Assembly (NCBI GenBank): GCA_951406725.2
Contig: OX597818.1
Coordinates: 105,834,001-105,898,000, forward strand
Length of the DNA: 64,000 nt
Source of the DNA: Octopus vulgaris
Taxonomy: Eukaryota
Direction of reading: 5' to 3'
The translations under genes were made by a program, and so were the position numbers. The notes beneath the pieces were generated by a model. That model was given only the letters and a program-made list of their open reading frames with translations. It ran no database searches and had not been told where the DNA came from. Positions 1 through 14,282 of this stretch are shown one piece after another; the first letter of the stretch is position 1; every line of letters starts with the position of its first letter.

Positions 1-2658
1 TCAGTTTTTTTGTTGTTTTTTTCCAGTTATGGAGGATCCTATGCTGAAAAAAAAATTTCAAAATTTCAATTCCCTTCACTTTCCACTTTTCCGGGTTTTT
101 TTTTGTTTTTTTGTTTTTCTTTTGCTAAATTCGTAGAAAAATGCGAAGATTACGATTCTGAAAAGAAATCTTATTTGGAAAATTTCAATTTTTCAACGAA
201 TATATATATATACCCACAGCCTTCAAGTAGGCTAGCCACATGCTAGAAATAACAGCCAAATCTCACAAAACTGCGATAACATAATGCAATCAATCTACTC
301 ACTTTCCTACAAAGATTTCTTTCAGAGTAATTTCCCACAGTAATATGACAAAGTAATTCATGTGAAATTAAAGTGTTTTTTTTTTTTTAACTTTTTAAAA
401 ACTTTTTGGATTTTTTTCAATCAATCTACATGGGAATCTACGGAGATTAAGAATATAGAAAAAATAAACAGAAATTCAAATTTTAAATGAAGGGGGAGGG
501 GGAATTGAAATTTTGAAAATGCGATTTTTGAGGGGGGGGGGGTTCCCCCACAATCGGATCCTCCATAACCGAAAATGTGGGATTCCGTAAAAAAAAAAAA
601 TATGTATACATATATATATCCATTTTACCGAAAGTTATGACAGAAAAATCGGATCTTGTGAATTTACCGAAAATCTTCTTCCCGGGTCGTTAGCGCAATT
701 TTTTTTTTTTTTTTTCATACTCGTTTTCTACATACTTGTTAACACCTAGCACACTGGTTTATTTATTTGTTTTTTTTTTTGTTCACAGGTGAAGATCTTT
801 ATATTGACCAAAATATCTTACTGGTTTAGTCCTTGAGACTGAAATAGTGTTTTAAATATAGGTTTCGGACCTAAAATATATGATTTTTTTTTCTTGAATA
901 TAAATGCAATCGTACCGGTTCTTGTGTACTTGTCATTCATCCTGGTGCTAAAAAGATTTTCCATATCCAAGTTACTACAACAGGCTCTTGTCGATGGCTC
1001 GTTATTATAGTTAGTCACTCTCGTGGTGGTTGGTAAGTGATGTATCATTATGGTTACAAAATTACTGTACTGATTTATAGATGGATTCGATGTCATCACG
1101 TTTTTCACTTTTTAACGACTAATAAATATATTCATTGGCTTCGTATGTATCTAGGCAAGAAACCGGTTGAAAGTGTAAACTCGTATTTGTCGTTCGACCA
1201 TAGAATAAAAAATCAGATATAAAATTGCCAATCGTTATTTCGTTGTCACTTTCGCGTTTAAAAAGATATACTGTATTTACAAAATTTTTCGCGATATAAC
1301 TTGAGGAACGTTTATTTTGCTAAAACTTCGTAACTCCATTTTCTAACTCCAACTTAATAAACCAAGTAACTTATATACAGTTGTAGAAAATAACAGAAGT
1401 AGCTGCGTAGTATTCTAATAATGATTTGTTAACATCAGCATAATACTATAATACTATACTCGTATAATACTATACTATACTCGTTCGATAAAATTAACTT
1501 CTGTAGGCCCTGGTATTTATTGTTATAGATCACCAAATATTGAAAGTTAAAACTGATCCCGCAATACTTGACATTTTAAAAACTGTCCCATACCTCGTGG
1601 GCAGAAAAAAATGTGAGTGGAGCACTTACACACACACACACGCACGCATATAGAAAATTTGAATTATTTTTAAAATCTGCTGGTCAAAGTGAAAAGATCC
1701 AAAAGATGTTTTATGTGACACATTCTACCAGTATACGAAGTTTAAAAGTGTTTAGGTGCCAAAAAAATTATTTTTTAAATCTGCCGGTCAAAGTGAAAAG
1801 ATCCTGATATTTTTCTGAATTTGACGACAAAAATCGCATTCATTTTTTTTCTAGAAATTAATAAAGTTACAAATTTCGTTAGCGCCATACAAAACTACAT
1901 TTAAAAAAATAAAATTATTATAATCTGACGAAAATTTGAAGTACTTTAAGTGGTTAGAAGAAATTTCACCAGATCCAAAAAGAGTAATTCCTCCACCACT
2001 TTTAAAAAGTATTCCTGAGTTTCATATAACGGAATACAGATCTTGTTAAATTTCTTCCAACCACCTCAAGAGTTTCAAATTTTTTTGTTTTCATGTTATG
2101 GTATTTACCATTACATCTTTTAGAACATTGTCATTTTTATAAGATTTTGCTGGCAAATTTTTTAATTAATTTTTTATTTACATGAAAGAAAATTACCAGA
2201 GAACTTTCTAATTTGAAATACTTCAAGTGTTTAGATGAAATTTGACCAGATCTCTTTATTTATCTTTACTTCGAGCGACAGTTACTCCAAAACCCCACCG
2301 TTATCATTGTTACAATTACGATTATTTAACTCAGACGTGCTAATCACATTTTAGTAAGCATGCTGCAGTGAGCGCTAAAATAGTAGCACAGCATTTAGTA
2401 AATGTACTTATTGCTAGTGGTTGATTGTGGTCTTGTTTAGTTTTTATATATGTCAGGTCACCCCGTTTCGGGGCCTGTTTGCTTTTCTGCTATTTCTCTC
2501 TTTCTTTTCCTTATTTAGTTTATAAAATGATGTAATTTGGTAATTTCCCTTTGTTGATTTTCCTGTTTTATTTTGGATGGCATTATCATACATACATATG
2601 CATACACCTCCTACACACATCTATCTATATCTATGTATGTGTGTGTGTATACATATAC

Positions 2659-2707
<49 letters not shown>

Positions 2708-3935
2708 TGTTCCTCCGGTTTAACAACTGTTGTGTAATCTTATCCCCTTACTTGTAATAATGATTTTTTCATTATTTTTTTCAATAAAGTAGAAACAATT
2801 CTATTGTTTGCTTTTAATATTTTAACATTTGAAAGACTAATTTTTAGGGGTATGTGAATATTGCGTTTATACTTAATTTGCACGACTCCATAGCCCATCG
2901 GATATCAGAAATCTTTCTCAGGGACTGGTGTTCCCAGTGTTTCCGCAGAGCATTCTTGAATGGAAGGAAAGTCAAATTCTCATATATATATATCCCCACC
3001 GATATCACAATTTCCTTTCATCTTGCCATGGTCGATAAAATAAGAAGACCAGTCAAGAAGTCAAGACATGGTCATCGTAATCGAATAGCCCTCTTCTCTC
3101 AAAATTGATATAATTTCCTTGTCGCCTGTGCCCCATTGAAATGAACTCACGAATTCACAATCGATAGCAGTCAATACTATAAATAGGGTTAACTTTGCTT
3201 TTCGTTTTCTCAGGAGTTGATAAAAGAAAAAGAACTGGTCAAATGACTTAGAAATTTGCGGTCTTGTGCCAGTGTTATAAAAAGTATGTGGAGTGGCATA
3301 ACGATAAAAATTATTGATCGCTGTGGTATTGAAGCTACGCCACTTCGTTTTTGAATTCAAATCTTGCTGGTGATCTTTGCTCTTCTTGTGTTGATAAAAA
3401 AAAAAGCACCAACTACATAAGTTCTGATCCAGTTGGTTACAGCCATATCTGAAAATCGATCGCCTTACGTCAGTGTAAAAAATTATTTTATTCTATGTAG
3501 TTTCAATAATTTCTTAATCGTGCACAAGTTTCTGAAACACTGAAAATAAGCTAACTGATTTTCAGAGTATTTATTGTATCGTGAAACCAATCTCTGGATC
3601 AGCTAGACAGATTGTGTTCAACTTCATGTAATGAATATAGCAGAAAGGTGACATTTGAATTCCAGTAATATAAATCAAAGCGTTTGTGTTAATCAGTGCT
3701 ACAGTAGTTATGGTGTTATTATTTATATGCCCAAATACAAATTTTTACAGATGATTTAACAACCAATGCATTAGATACCTTCCTTTACCCAAGATTAAAA
3801 ACAATCGATGAGTTCTTTTAGCCACCTTATATGTGATTGTTAAATTCACTTTCTAATCTACAGGCCACACTTCAATAAATAAACGGAAAAAGAATATGTT
3901 ATATTTTATATAATGGAAGAACCATTTAACATGGT

Positions 3936-4115
3936 TTAACCTTTTAGCATCTAAACTGGCCAGATCCAGCCTCTCACACATACCCTACTATGTCATTGTA
4001 AAAATAAACAATTATATCATTGAAATCTCAAAGCGACAACATAATGTATGGATTAATTCAAAACAATATGAATAAATAAGCATAACTAAGAATAATCTGA
4101 ATGTTAAAGGGTTAA
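3936..4115. mobile_element. piggyBac-like MITE (family A)
   Basis: TTAA-CCTTTTAGCAT...ATGTTAAAGGG-TTAA, similar to 40836-41063. Confidence 0.75.
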
Positions 4116-5629
4116 ATGTTTCTTCCATTATATAACTGCTTCAAATTCAACATTCAAAAATAAAATAAGTACTTGTAAGTCATTGGAATCATTCTTACAA
4201 AGTGACCGTGAGTCAAATAACAAAAAATTACTAGAAATCTTTATTTCAAGACTGTGGTTATTGTTTAAACCCAAGTTTGTCCTGAAAGGCATTTCAGACA
4301 TCACCAATCCATCTTTTAATATTTTCAGAACTACATTGTCTAGTGGGTGCGTTTTTTTTTTGTTTTTTGTTGTTTTTTTTTTTTAGATGGTAGTGTGGTC
4401 AAGTGACCATGTAAAGGATCTAAAGAGATGACAGCTATGAATTTCGCAGATGGAACAGATTCCATTTCGCAAAAGCATTAGATATATAATTGAAAAGTAA
4501 TGTCTGTAGCAAACAATCAAAACAAGATTATAAATTCTGTTCATAAGAAACTTATTAAAATTATTTTAAACAATCTTTTATATTTTGTTCAATCAATTAA
4601 TATAATTGTATAAGAGGATTTGAGTAAGGATTCTCTTTGTAATCAACCTTCACCTTTTTCTTTAAATTATTTCCCTTTTATATGAATGTTTGTGGACTTA
4701 GTTGCCATTGGAAATTCCAGGAATATTTCTGCTAATAATCAATACATGTGCTTCTGTTTATTACATTTTGCTATTGTCGTTAAAGTCATTCATTAATTTA
4801 CTCTCAAGTTTTAATAATGGTGAATAAATACTTATAAATTTGAAGAATTTTAGTTTTTGTGTATTGTTTTAGAAAATATTGATTGATCTTTCTCTTTCCC
4901 TAACACATACCATTCCAATCAGTTTTTAAGGAGGAATTCCTAAGTGTGAGTCACACGTGTTTCATGAACTGCAACAATTCTGTTTCTGAAATACCATTTG
5001 TTAGCTGCCAAATGTTGCTGTCTATTGCTTCCAGTCAATGAAAAACATACCACTACAATCTGTTCATTTTAGGTTTTTTATTTATTCATTTAGCACTTAA
5101 TATGCAAAACTGAATAGTTTTATTGACATTTCTTAAGCATAAGACCAGTTTTGTAGATGGAAAACACATTTAAAGAATGATATTTTTGCTATCCTTATTT
5201 TTTTTTAAATGTTTAGTAACTTTTTTTTCTTTAAGAAATTGTAGGCTTCTGTACACCTAGTTAGTTATGTTACATGTTACATTCTTTTGTAAAAAAAAAA
5301 AAAAGGGTTGTAAGAACACAAAGAATGTGAAGTAAAATAGCTACAACTGGGGTTAAAACTATGTTACTTGTGCCCTCAACTTATTTAGAGCTTATCTCTA
5401 TTTTGCTATTAGTTAAATTATTTTGATGTGCATTTATTATTTTTATGTTTTTAATAACTAGTAGCACTTAGTAAAAGAGAAAACTTTGGTCAATATCAAT
5501 CTTAATGCAAGGAAAATTAAATAGCTTTGGTGATTCATATCAGCATCTTACTGGTACAAATTGTAACATTTGCCCTGGTGGGATTTGAACTTAAGCATAA
5601 TGTTATATCGAACATGATAGGCATTGACT

Positions 5630-5969
5630 TGGCTGTGTGGTAAGAAGTTTGTTTCCTACCCCCATGACTCAAGGTTCATGGCACCTTGAACAAGTGTCTT
5701 CTATTATAGCTTTGAGCTGATCAAAACCTTATGAGTTTGGTAGATGGAAACTGAATTTATGTTTGTCTTAGTGTTTGTCCCCCACCACTACTTGACAACT
5801 AGTATTGGCCTGTTTATATCCTTGTAACTTGGCGGTTCAATAAGAGAGACCAATAGAAAAAATACTACTCTAAAAAAAAAAAGGACTGGGGCCAATTTAT
5901 TCAGCTAAACCCTTCAAAGTGATGCCTTAGCATGGCCATGGCACAATGACTGAAACAAGTAAAAGATGA
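5630..5969 (+). mobile_element. tRNA-derived SINE, diverged copy
   Basis: TGGCTGTGTGGTAAG head to GACTGAAACAAGTAAAAG tail. Confidence 0.8.
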
Positions 5970-6576
5970 TACCTATCTCCTTTTAAAATTATGAAAATTA
6001 TAATAATTCCTTGACATTTTCCCCAGGAAACCATGTAGAAAAGATTATAGGTGATTAAACCAATGTTAAATGCCTGAAGGCGTCAAATTGATAGGGCTGT
6101 GAGTGCATTGGGTAGAATACCTGGTAGAGTTTGTTCCGTCTCTATGCAGTCTAAGTTCAAATGCTACTGTGGTCAACTTTGCGTTCCATCCTTTCAGTAT
6201 CAGTACAGGGCAATGGAATTGTGAAACTGTCTAGAGGTTGGGAAAGATGTCTTGCAGTATCTGTTATGGCTCTTTGTGGTCTGCAATGTTAGGATAAATA
6301 GACATCAGTGGCATAGAGAGGGAAAACTCAAGTGCATGGACACCTGCATGTGCAGGAACATGATCATCATGACCAATGGCAGCTTTATATAATACCTGTT
6401 TGATATTTATTCATCTAAAAGATAAACAGTAAGGTCAACTCTAGTGAGATTGGAACTCAGAACACACAAAGGGATATAACAAAATATCATACACTATTTA
6501 ATCCAAAGCTCTACAGTTTCGTTCACACCAGTTATTGACATTTTCTTTTATTTGTTTGTTTACATTCATATCTCAG

Positions 6577-6677
6577 AAAACATTGATTATGATCCTTCAA
6601 TAACTGTCACATCTGTTACCTGCTATCATTGCAATCTCTATCTTTCACAAGTTTCTGAAATTGATATATCTTCATGG
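6577..6677 (+). CDS. Possible upstream exon of a long SUN isoform ((E)NIDYDPSITVTSVTCYHCNLYLSQVSEIDISSW)
   Basis: Pyrimidine tract + CAG, open frame, weak donor GTGTGG. Phase 1 to 0 is compatible with 7555. No homology recognised. Confidence 0.3.
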
Positions 6678-6970
6678 GTGTGGTTTTCAATTTAGATACA
6701 GTAGGAAGCTATTTGAGGGTATTTTAAATCCTATGATTATTGGGTCAAGAATTAAATAGAAATTGCCTTTTGAGCTGAGAACCACTTTGCATATAAACTG
6801 AGCCCATCTTGCTTTTCTTTAATGCAACCCCCACTGTCTCTGATCTCAAAACAGCTGAGATGGCAAAATAAATATTCTGACAACAATATCATTTTCCACA
6901 TAGTCAATCACTGTAAGGCAGAGTACACTGCACACTCTCAAGAGCAGAAGGAAATGTGTTATTTGCTAGA

Positions 6971-7086
6971 GCTTTGACTTTATCTTAACTTTTTGTCATG
7001 ATTCATGCTTTGGCTTTATCTTAAATCTTTGTTGTGGTTCATGCTTTGGCTTTATCTTAAATCTTTGTCGTGGTTCATGCTTTGGG
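6971..7086. repeat. 36-bp minisatellite, about 3 copies
   Basis: Unit GCTTTGGCTTTATCTTAAATCTTTGT(C/T)GTGGTTCAT. Confidence 0.9.
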
Positions 7087-7554
7087 TTTCTTTTGAGCAC
7101 AACTGAGCAGAAGTATTTAATAACATTAATCTGATTTAAGTGTTCTTATTTCTCAATTTTACATGAGATACAAGAGGCATGGACATGTCTAGTCTTTATT
7201 AAATTGATACGCTGTTTAACAATTTGCTGATATACGTGGCTCTTAGCTGTATTGTATATTTAAAGGCATATGATAGTTTGTGTGGGCGGACTTTTGTTGT
7301 ATTAGAATAAGAATCTAAAAATAAATACTTGACTAAATTAATGTCTGTGTGTGTGTGTGCGTGTGTAGGTTTAAATAATGACCTGTAAATGTTTTGATAT
7401 ATCCTGATAAAAAAGAGAAAAAAAATATTATTTATTCCTCTGACTTGATTAATGTGATTTTGCTATAGATAAGGGAAATAGAAAATGTTTTATTTTGAAG
7501 GTAAAATTGGGAGACTTCAAATAAATGTGAGTGCTTGTGATTTTTATATTACAG

Positions 7555-7589
7555 TTTCAGTTTCTGTACCCTGCTATCCTTAAAAAAGG
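7555..7589 (+). CDS. Possible 35-nt upstream exon (FQFLYPAILKKG)
   Basis: TTACAG acceptor, GG|GTAATG donor. Phase 0 to 2 links 6577-6677 to 11802. Confidence 0.3.
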
Positions 7590-8484
7590 GTAATGGAAGT
7601 ACTTATTCCCCTATTTGTTTTAACCACCCCAGCTTTGGCTAAATGGTTACTGGCTGAACAGTGTGTTTTGAGCCAAATAGTACTTTCAGACTGAACCACA
7701 TATACAGGAGTGGTGGCTGGCAGAGCAAATAGAGCTGTGTATAAAATACCCTGAGATTTAGTCACACCCCTTCAAATTCTGATCAAATTTTACTCAGGTC
7801 AACTTTGCCTTTCACGCTTCCAAGTTTGACAAAAATCAGTCCCAGTTAAGTACTGGCATTAATATAATCAGATATATTATAAAGGCAATATTGTAGATCA
7901 TCATCATTTAACGTCTGCCTTCCATGCTGGCAAGGGTACACACAGACACACACATATAAAGTGATGAGCTTCATACAGTTTTCTTCTAAATTCATTTACA
8001 AGGTGTTGGGTAACTTAGGGCTACATTAGAAGACACTTGTCCAAGGTGCCATGCAGTGGGACTAAATGTGAAACCATATGGTTGAAACAAACTTCTAAAC
8101 CACACAGCAAAGCTTGCAGCTAAAGGATTGGTATTCAGTTTGTTGACTCTAGAGTGATTTGTTTTCAGTATGTTGAATGAAATAACAAGACAGTAAGTCC
8201 ACCACAATAATTATTGTAATTATTATGATAGTGATGAATGCAATTAAATTTCAATGGCTTCAGTAAATTATTCCCCATGTAACTAGTCTTAAGTATGTCC
8301 ATTCACATTTATTAGACTTCTTTTGTGTTTCTTAACACTTTATAATTAAATTCACTGAATCAAAATGCCATGATTATGTAGTCTAGTTCTTTTAATACAA
8401 CTGATGTCTTCTCTTCCACCATGTTTATATGTTTCTTTAATACTCTATCTCTAATATTCTACCTGTTTTATTTTCAAACTAACT

Positions 8485-9350
8485 ACAAGGTGGTATCAAA
8501 AAGTTCCTGGAATAATTATGTTTAATAAAAAATAACTTATTTTCCTGAGTTTTAACATTATCTCCTTCAAAATAGTCACCTGGTCCCAGCATTCCTGCCA
8601 CTTTTGAAATTTGGTCTGGAAGTAATTTTCTATAAGCAAGTCATGGACCTTCTGTGATTTGCTCTGGATCTCAACAACAGTGTTAAAGCAACGACCTTTG
8701 GGCTGCCTTTTCATCATGGGGAAGAAATCGAAGTCGGCAGCTGTTAAATCTGGTGAATAGGGCAGTTGTGGAAGCAATACTATGTTGTTCTTGGTGAAAA
8801 TCTCATGAGTGAGGAGAGCTCTGTGAAGAATCTAGTTCTTCATGCTCCACAGGTCCAGTTGCTTTCACTGAATGTCCTCCCTCAAACACTTCAAAACATC
8901 GCAGTAGGACTCTCAATTGACAGCAGAGCCCCAGGGGTCGAATTCTTGATGCATAATACCACATTTCTGGGGGTGATACTCGTAGCAGATCTTCCAGATT
9001 GCTCATCATCTTCAAGGGATGTCCTTCCATTTTTGAAGCGCCCATGTTACTCGAAACATTGTGTACGACCCATTGCCTCATTGTTGTAAGCTTGCCAAAG
9101 CATGCTCAATCTCTTTGTAGCAGACTTCCCAAGATTAATGCAAAATTTCATGTTGGCTCTTTGTTCCTGTCTATAACAAAATCGCAGACTACAGCATACA
9201 CACGATCACAAAAACACAAATTTCACAACTTGCAAAGTAAACACAGCAATGTCATTCTGCACACTGCCTCATGAAGGTCACTGCTAGCTCTCACTGCCAT
9301 CTGTTGGCACACTGCAGAACTAATCCAGGAACCTTTTGATACTACCTTGT
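8485..9350 (-). mobile_element. Decayed, internally deleted Tc1/mariner element
   Basis: About 30-bp TIRs (ACAAGGTGGTATCAAAAAGTTCCTGGA at left, inverse copy 9321-9350). Transposase remnants on - strand include PYSPDL..DF.FFP..K. Confidence 0.88.
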
Positions 9351-11801
9351 GTATCTGGCCTCTCATACCTACCCTACAATGTCATTCTAAAAATAATAAT
9401 CACGTCATTGACATTTTGAAGCTACAAGATAATACACAATTTATTCAAAACAATCGGAGTAAATAAGCATTGCATTTGACAGAGTAATCAGCATGCCAAA
9501 GGATTATGCTATCCAACGTTGTCTATAATTGTTTTTCTACAAGTTGTTAACTTCTGTTAGATTATTTAAATGTTATTTGATATTCTTTATGTAATTTGAA
9601 TATTTGTTAGCATGTATGTATATGTGAACCAAGCAAATAAGTGACATCTGATATACAAGGATGTTAAATTAGTTGTAGATTACAAATGCAGGTGGCAAGT
9701 TCGTTGAATTTAGAATGCTGGCTACAATGCTTTGCAGTATTCACTGCAACTGCAGTTTGTCATTTGAGTTCAAATCTTGCCTTTTATCCTTTCAGATTTA
9801 TAAAATTACTGTCCAGTATTGGGATAGACTCTCTCTCTCTCTCTCTCCGTCTATCTATCTATCTATCTATCTACACCCCACCCATATCTGCAAGGGTGCA
9901 AAGCAATTGTCCAAACCTGGAGAGGGCTTAAACACCTGCTATATGTCATGTTGGCATCCTTACAACTCCGTTATGAGTTGAGGGTCCAAGAAGTGAAAGC
10001 ACTCTCATTAACACCACATCTGAACAGCTCTGTTAAGTAACTAAATAAATAAAAAAGGCTGTAATATTAATAATACAGTAGAAAATTTGTGTGTGTGTGT
10101 GGACATGCTAGTTAATATTTTGTGCTAATTCAAAATTTAATAGTGATATTACCCAAAAACTAATAAAAAAAAAAATAACAAAGCCTCTTTGTAGTCACTC
10201 AACCTGCTAGCAATCACAGTCAAATCTCTTAAATGATACCCTTTTTAAACAGAAAAAATAAGGACAGAATAGATAATAGGAAAAGAAGACAGAGTAGCTA
10301 CAGCTGGAATACCTTTGATCATAGGCTTACTGAAGCAAAACTGACTTGTGGCATGGATCTTTATTCTTTCTATTCAGACAGATGAATATATGTATTTTTT
10401 GGGTGTGTTCACTAATACACTTATGCACTAACTATATCATTGCATTTGACATTTTCTGCTTTGATAATAAACATATGCTAGGCATTTAAAAAAAAAATAC
10501 TCAAGTTTATCTTCGGTTCAACACACTCTTTTAAGTTATTTTCTATATACTGCTGGTGAGTGTATCTATGTTAACATTTAAGATTTCATTGCATGGGTTT
10601 CACACCAGCCTACTATGAGCAACCATCAGATAAAGCACATCAGAAATTTTAAATCTTAACATGTACATACACATGCATGCATAATATATATTATATCTCA
10701 ATAACAGAAACTGAGGAATATGTTAAATATATTTTTGCTCTTGATTAATTATTGTCTTTTTACTTTGTTCTGAAAAACAAATGTGTAACTAAGTCAACCA
10801 GTTCTGCAGAGAAGAGGAGGAAATAAAGTTGGGAAAATATAATCATTATTATAAATAGAACTGTGTGCTAATAGAAACATACATGCACAAAGACAAAGAA
10901 GGAGATACAATTACACATGTGCATACTTGTGTGTATAGTAGCACCTGGAGTGTGTATAGCAAGCACCTGGCCAACCAAAACCTCATGAGTGAATTTGATT
11001 GACAAAAACTGAAAAGATGCCTTTTATTTGTGTGTATATACACACATACAAAGAGGGAGAGAGCATTGTGTGTCATTGCATTATAACTGAAAACAAATGT
11101 CACTGTTATATAGTGTTATTAGCAATCAAACATGAACAAGCATCACCTTGCTTGAAAACAGGTGATAGCAGACAAAGCATTTGGCTCGTGGAAAATATGT
11201 CTCAACAAATTTCATTTGGTCCAATGCAGGCATGGAAAAATAGACATCAAAGTTATATTCACTTGTATAAATCTAATTTTAAAATTTTTCAAGTTTGTTT
11301 AATAAACAAATATTGAATCATTTGATAGAATTATTATAAATAAAATATTCTTCCCTTTCATTATTTACTGTAATTGTTCATAAAATCATGCTAATGTTGC
11401 ATGTCAAAACAACTTAATGTCATTGACCTTGTAATTTGTTTTATGTTAACAAATAAAACCTTTTTGTCTCAGGATATTAATCTCTTTTCTATCTGGAGAT
11501 ATATGTAAGGATTACATTAAGCTAAAGCTGGTTCAGTTTTGTTTCTTATCTTTCAAAACTAGTTTTAATGACACTAATATATACTCTATTGTATTTATTT
11601 TTTGTGTTTGTAATCTAAGCTGTTCAAGAAAAATGATATGTTGAACTGACTGGTGATGGGAGCTGCAAAGGCTATTGAGGCAGCCCCTTCCTCCTGACCA
11701 AACCAATGAAAATAAAAGCTCCCCTTATATTGTGATTACCTACTATATTCTTTTGTTATTTAAATGAGCTGTCACTTTCATTTTTAATGTTTTTGTTTCA
11801 G

Positions 11802-11894
11802 ATCAGATTTGAAATTTGACGAAAGTACAGATAGTGATTCTGATCAAGAACTGTTTGACATTTCCAATTTCCTTGTATATGAGTGGTTTGATCT
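11802..11894 (+). CDS. Probable 93-nt exon (SDLKFDESTDSDSDQELFDISNFLVYEWFDL), in frame with SUN exon 26076
   Basis: Strong acceptor TTTTTGTTTCAG and consensus donor GTAAGT. Open acidic frame, phase 2-2. Confidence 0.55.
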
Positions 11895-13281
11895 GTAAGT
11901 ATGAAATACTTTTCTTTTATTCTGATTGCTTACAACGTTCATTGTTTATTATATAGATGGTGATTATGGAAAATTGAGAAGCTTAAATACAAGTATTTCA
12001 CGCATATATTTTTACATCACCTACAAAATGCAGATTGTATATTGCATGAGTTACTAGCATGTATTAGTAGCATGTTACTATTCTGTTTCATTTATTTAAA
12101 AGATGAAATGGCCAAGGCAATTTGAAGTGAAACAGCAAAAGAGACAGCAAGTTCAAAATATTGCATTTTGGCAGACTATTCTACTTTGATTGGCTTTGAA
12201 GAACAGATATAACAGCAGTGATGGTTATTTGTTGGCTAAAATAGCTGGCTTTAATTTGTTCAGCAAAAATATATGGACTGACTTGGAAGTTTATTGTTAG
12301 AATGAATTTATATTGTTAGAAAGATTAAACAAAATCTGTTAGAATTCATAAGTTATCCAGTTAACAATAAAAGTCACATGTTTCTGGACCATTTGAGGGT
12401 TATTTTCAATACTGTAACTTCTCAAAGCAAATTATGGATTTAGTTTAGTCCGATAGGAGTTTTTATTGATGTCTGTATCATCCATTACAATGTCTTCTAT
12501 TATATTTAGCTGTTATTTTGTGTATTTATATAGTTTGATAACCAAGAAAAATAAATTACAGAAGCATCACACAGAAAAATAATTGTGTTAAAGATAATTT
12601 AGTTCAGTGAAAAAATGAATTTGAAAGGTTAAAATACCATGCTGGTAACATAAGAAATAAAATTATTGGTTTTGAGACTTTCTTAATTTTTTTAAGTAGC
12701 TAGTTCATTACAGCATGGTTGACATTGCCAAGTTATGTGCTGTATCTATATCATTCATTCATTTTATGCCCATTTTCTATACCAGCAACAAATATTATTG
12801 AGGCATTGTTTTACAGCCATATGCTCTTCTTGTTGCTAAGCCTTACTTGTTTGTCAAGTCAGGGATTTTTTTTTTATTCCATGTTTTCAAATGCATAGAG
12901 CTAGTGAATGATTTCTTGAAAGAGAATGATCGCAAACTTCATTGTTTGTAGTTTATGTAAAATGCCGATTGTAAGCATTCAGACACATGTGTGCACACTC
13001 ATACCAACCTACACAAATACATATATAATGATGTTTGTACAGTTTGCTTTCCTGGGCTACACAAAAATACACTTGCCCAAGAGTTTAGCATTGAGACAAC
13101 CCCAAACCACATAGTTGAGAAACAGTATGTATGTGTATATATATATATATATAATACATACATATATATATATACATACATACATATATATACATAAATA
13201 CATATACACATACATACAGTACTCTAGAGTATACTTTAGAGAATTGTCACTGAATGTCTCTCAGGGATTTAGAAATAATTT

Positions 13282-13316
<35 letters not shown>

Positions 13317-14282
13317 TAGTGTTGCAATTGTTAAAATATAGCCTGTGATGAAGAAAAGAGTTACTGTGCCAACATATGCTATTTGAACAAACTGTGTCAG
13401 TTAATAAAAAAGTTATGCCACCTTTTGCATTAATTTCAAACTTTATATGTGGGCATACATATGTATAAACGTGCACACATACACACAATACAGGATTTTG
13501 CAAATTTTGGATGGGGATCTGTGGAGATTCTTCACTCTGTTAGACATTGTTGTATGACACTGAATTCCAGTGGTGGTTGGTATGCATTCTGATAGTTGTA
13601 GATGTAATACGGTAATCATTAATTTCTTGAAATGTTTCACTTAGAACTTAATTTCATATTTAATTTCAGCAATAATTTGTAATTTTTCTTAAAAATTAAA
13701 TTTGTTATTGGTTAACTGAAGACTGAGCATTGAATGCACATTTACATTCAAACTTAGTGAAATGTTCAAATTTTAATTTAAGTAAGTCCTTACATTGTTA
13801 TCCTTTCTTTTTCTTTGTGAATTTGGATTACTGTATAGAATTTTTCTTCTAGGAATTTTGTTACCAGATCACATAACAGGTAATCCCAGTAAATATTGCC
13901 TTGTTATATTGTTTCTGTTACTTTTAACTTCCAGATGGTTTAGGGTTTTGTTTAGGAGTGGGTTTCCTTTTATACATAACACTAAAGCCTTACATGGTTC
14001 TTTATCTACTTTTTCAAGAGCCCTACGGTTTTCTCAATAAGGAATTTCACTCTGAACATAAACATGAGTTCTAAAAACATGACATAAACACAGATAAATG
14101 CCTAAATGTACACACAGAGACATGTATACATAACTGGCATACACACGTATATATATAAGCAGTTACTATAATGCATGTGCTTAGAATAAGTTTTTTCATC
14201 TAATTCTAGAATAAACCTGGACTACGAATCTTAGTTATTTAGTATACAGTTGTTCTATTAGTGTTTTTCATTTGATGGAACA

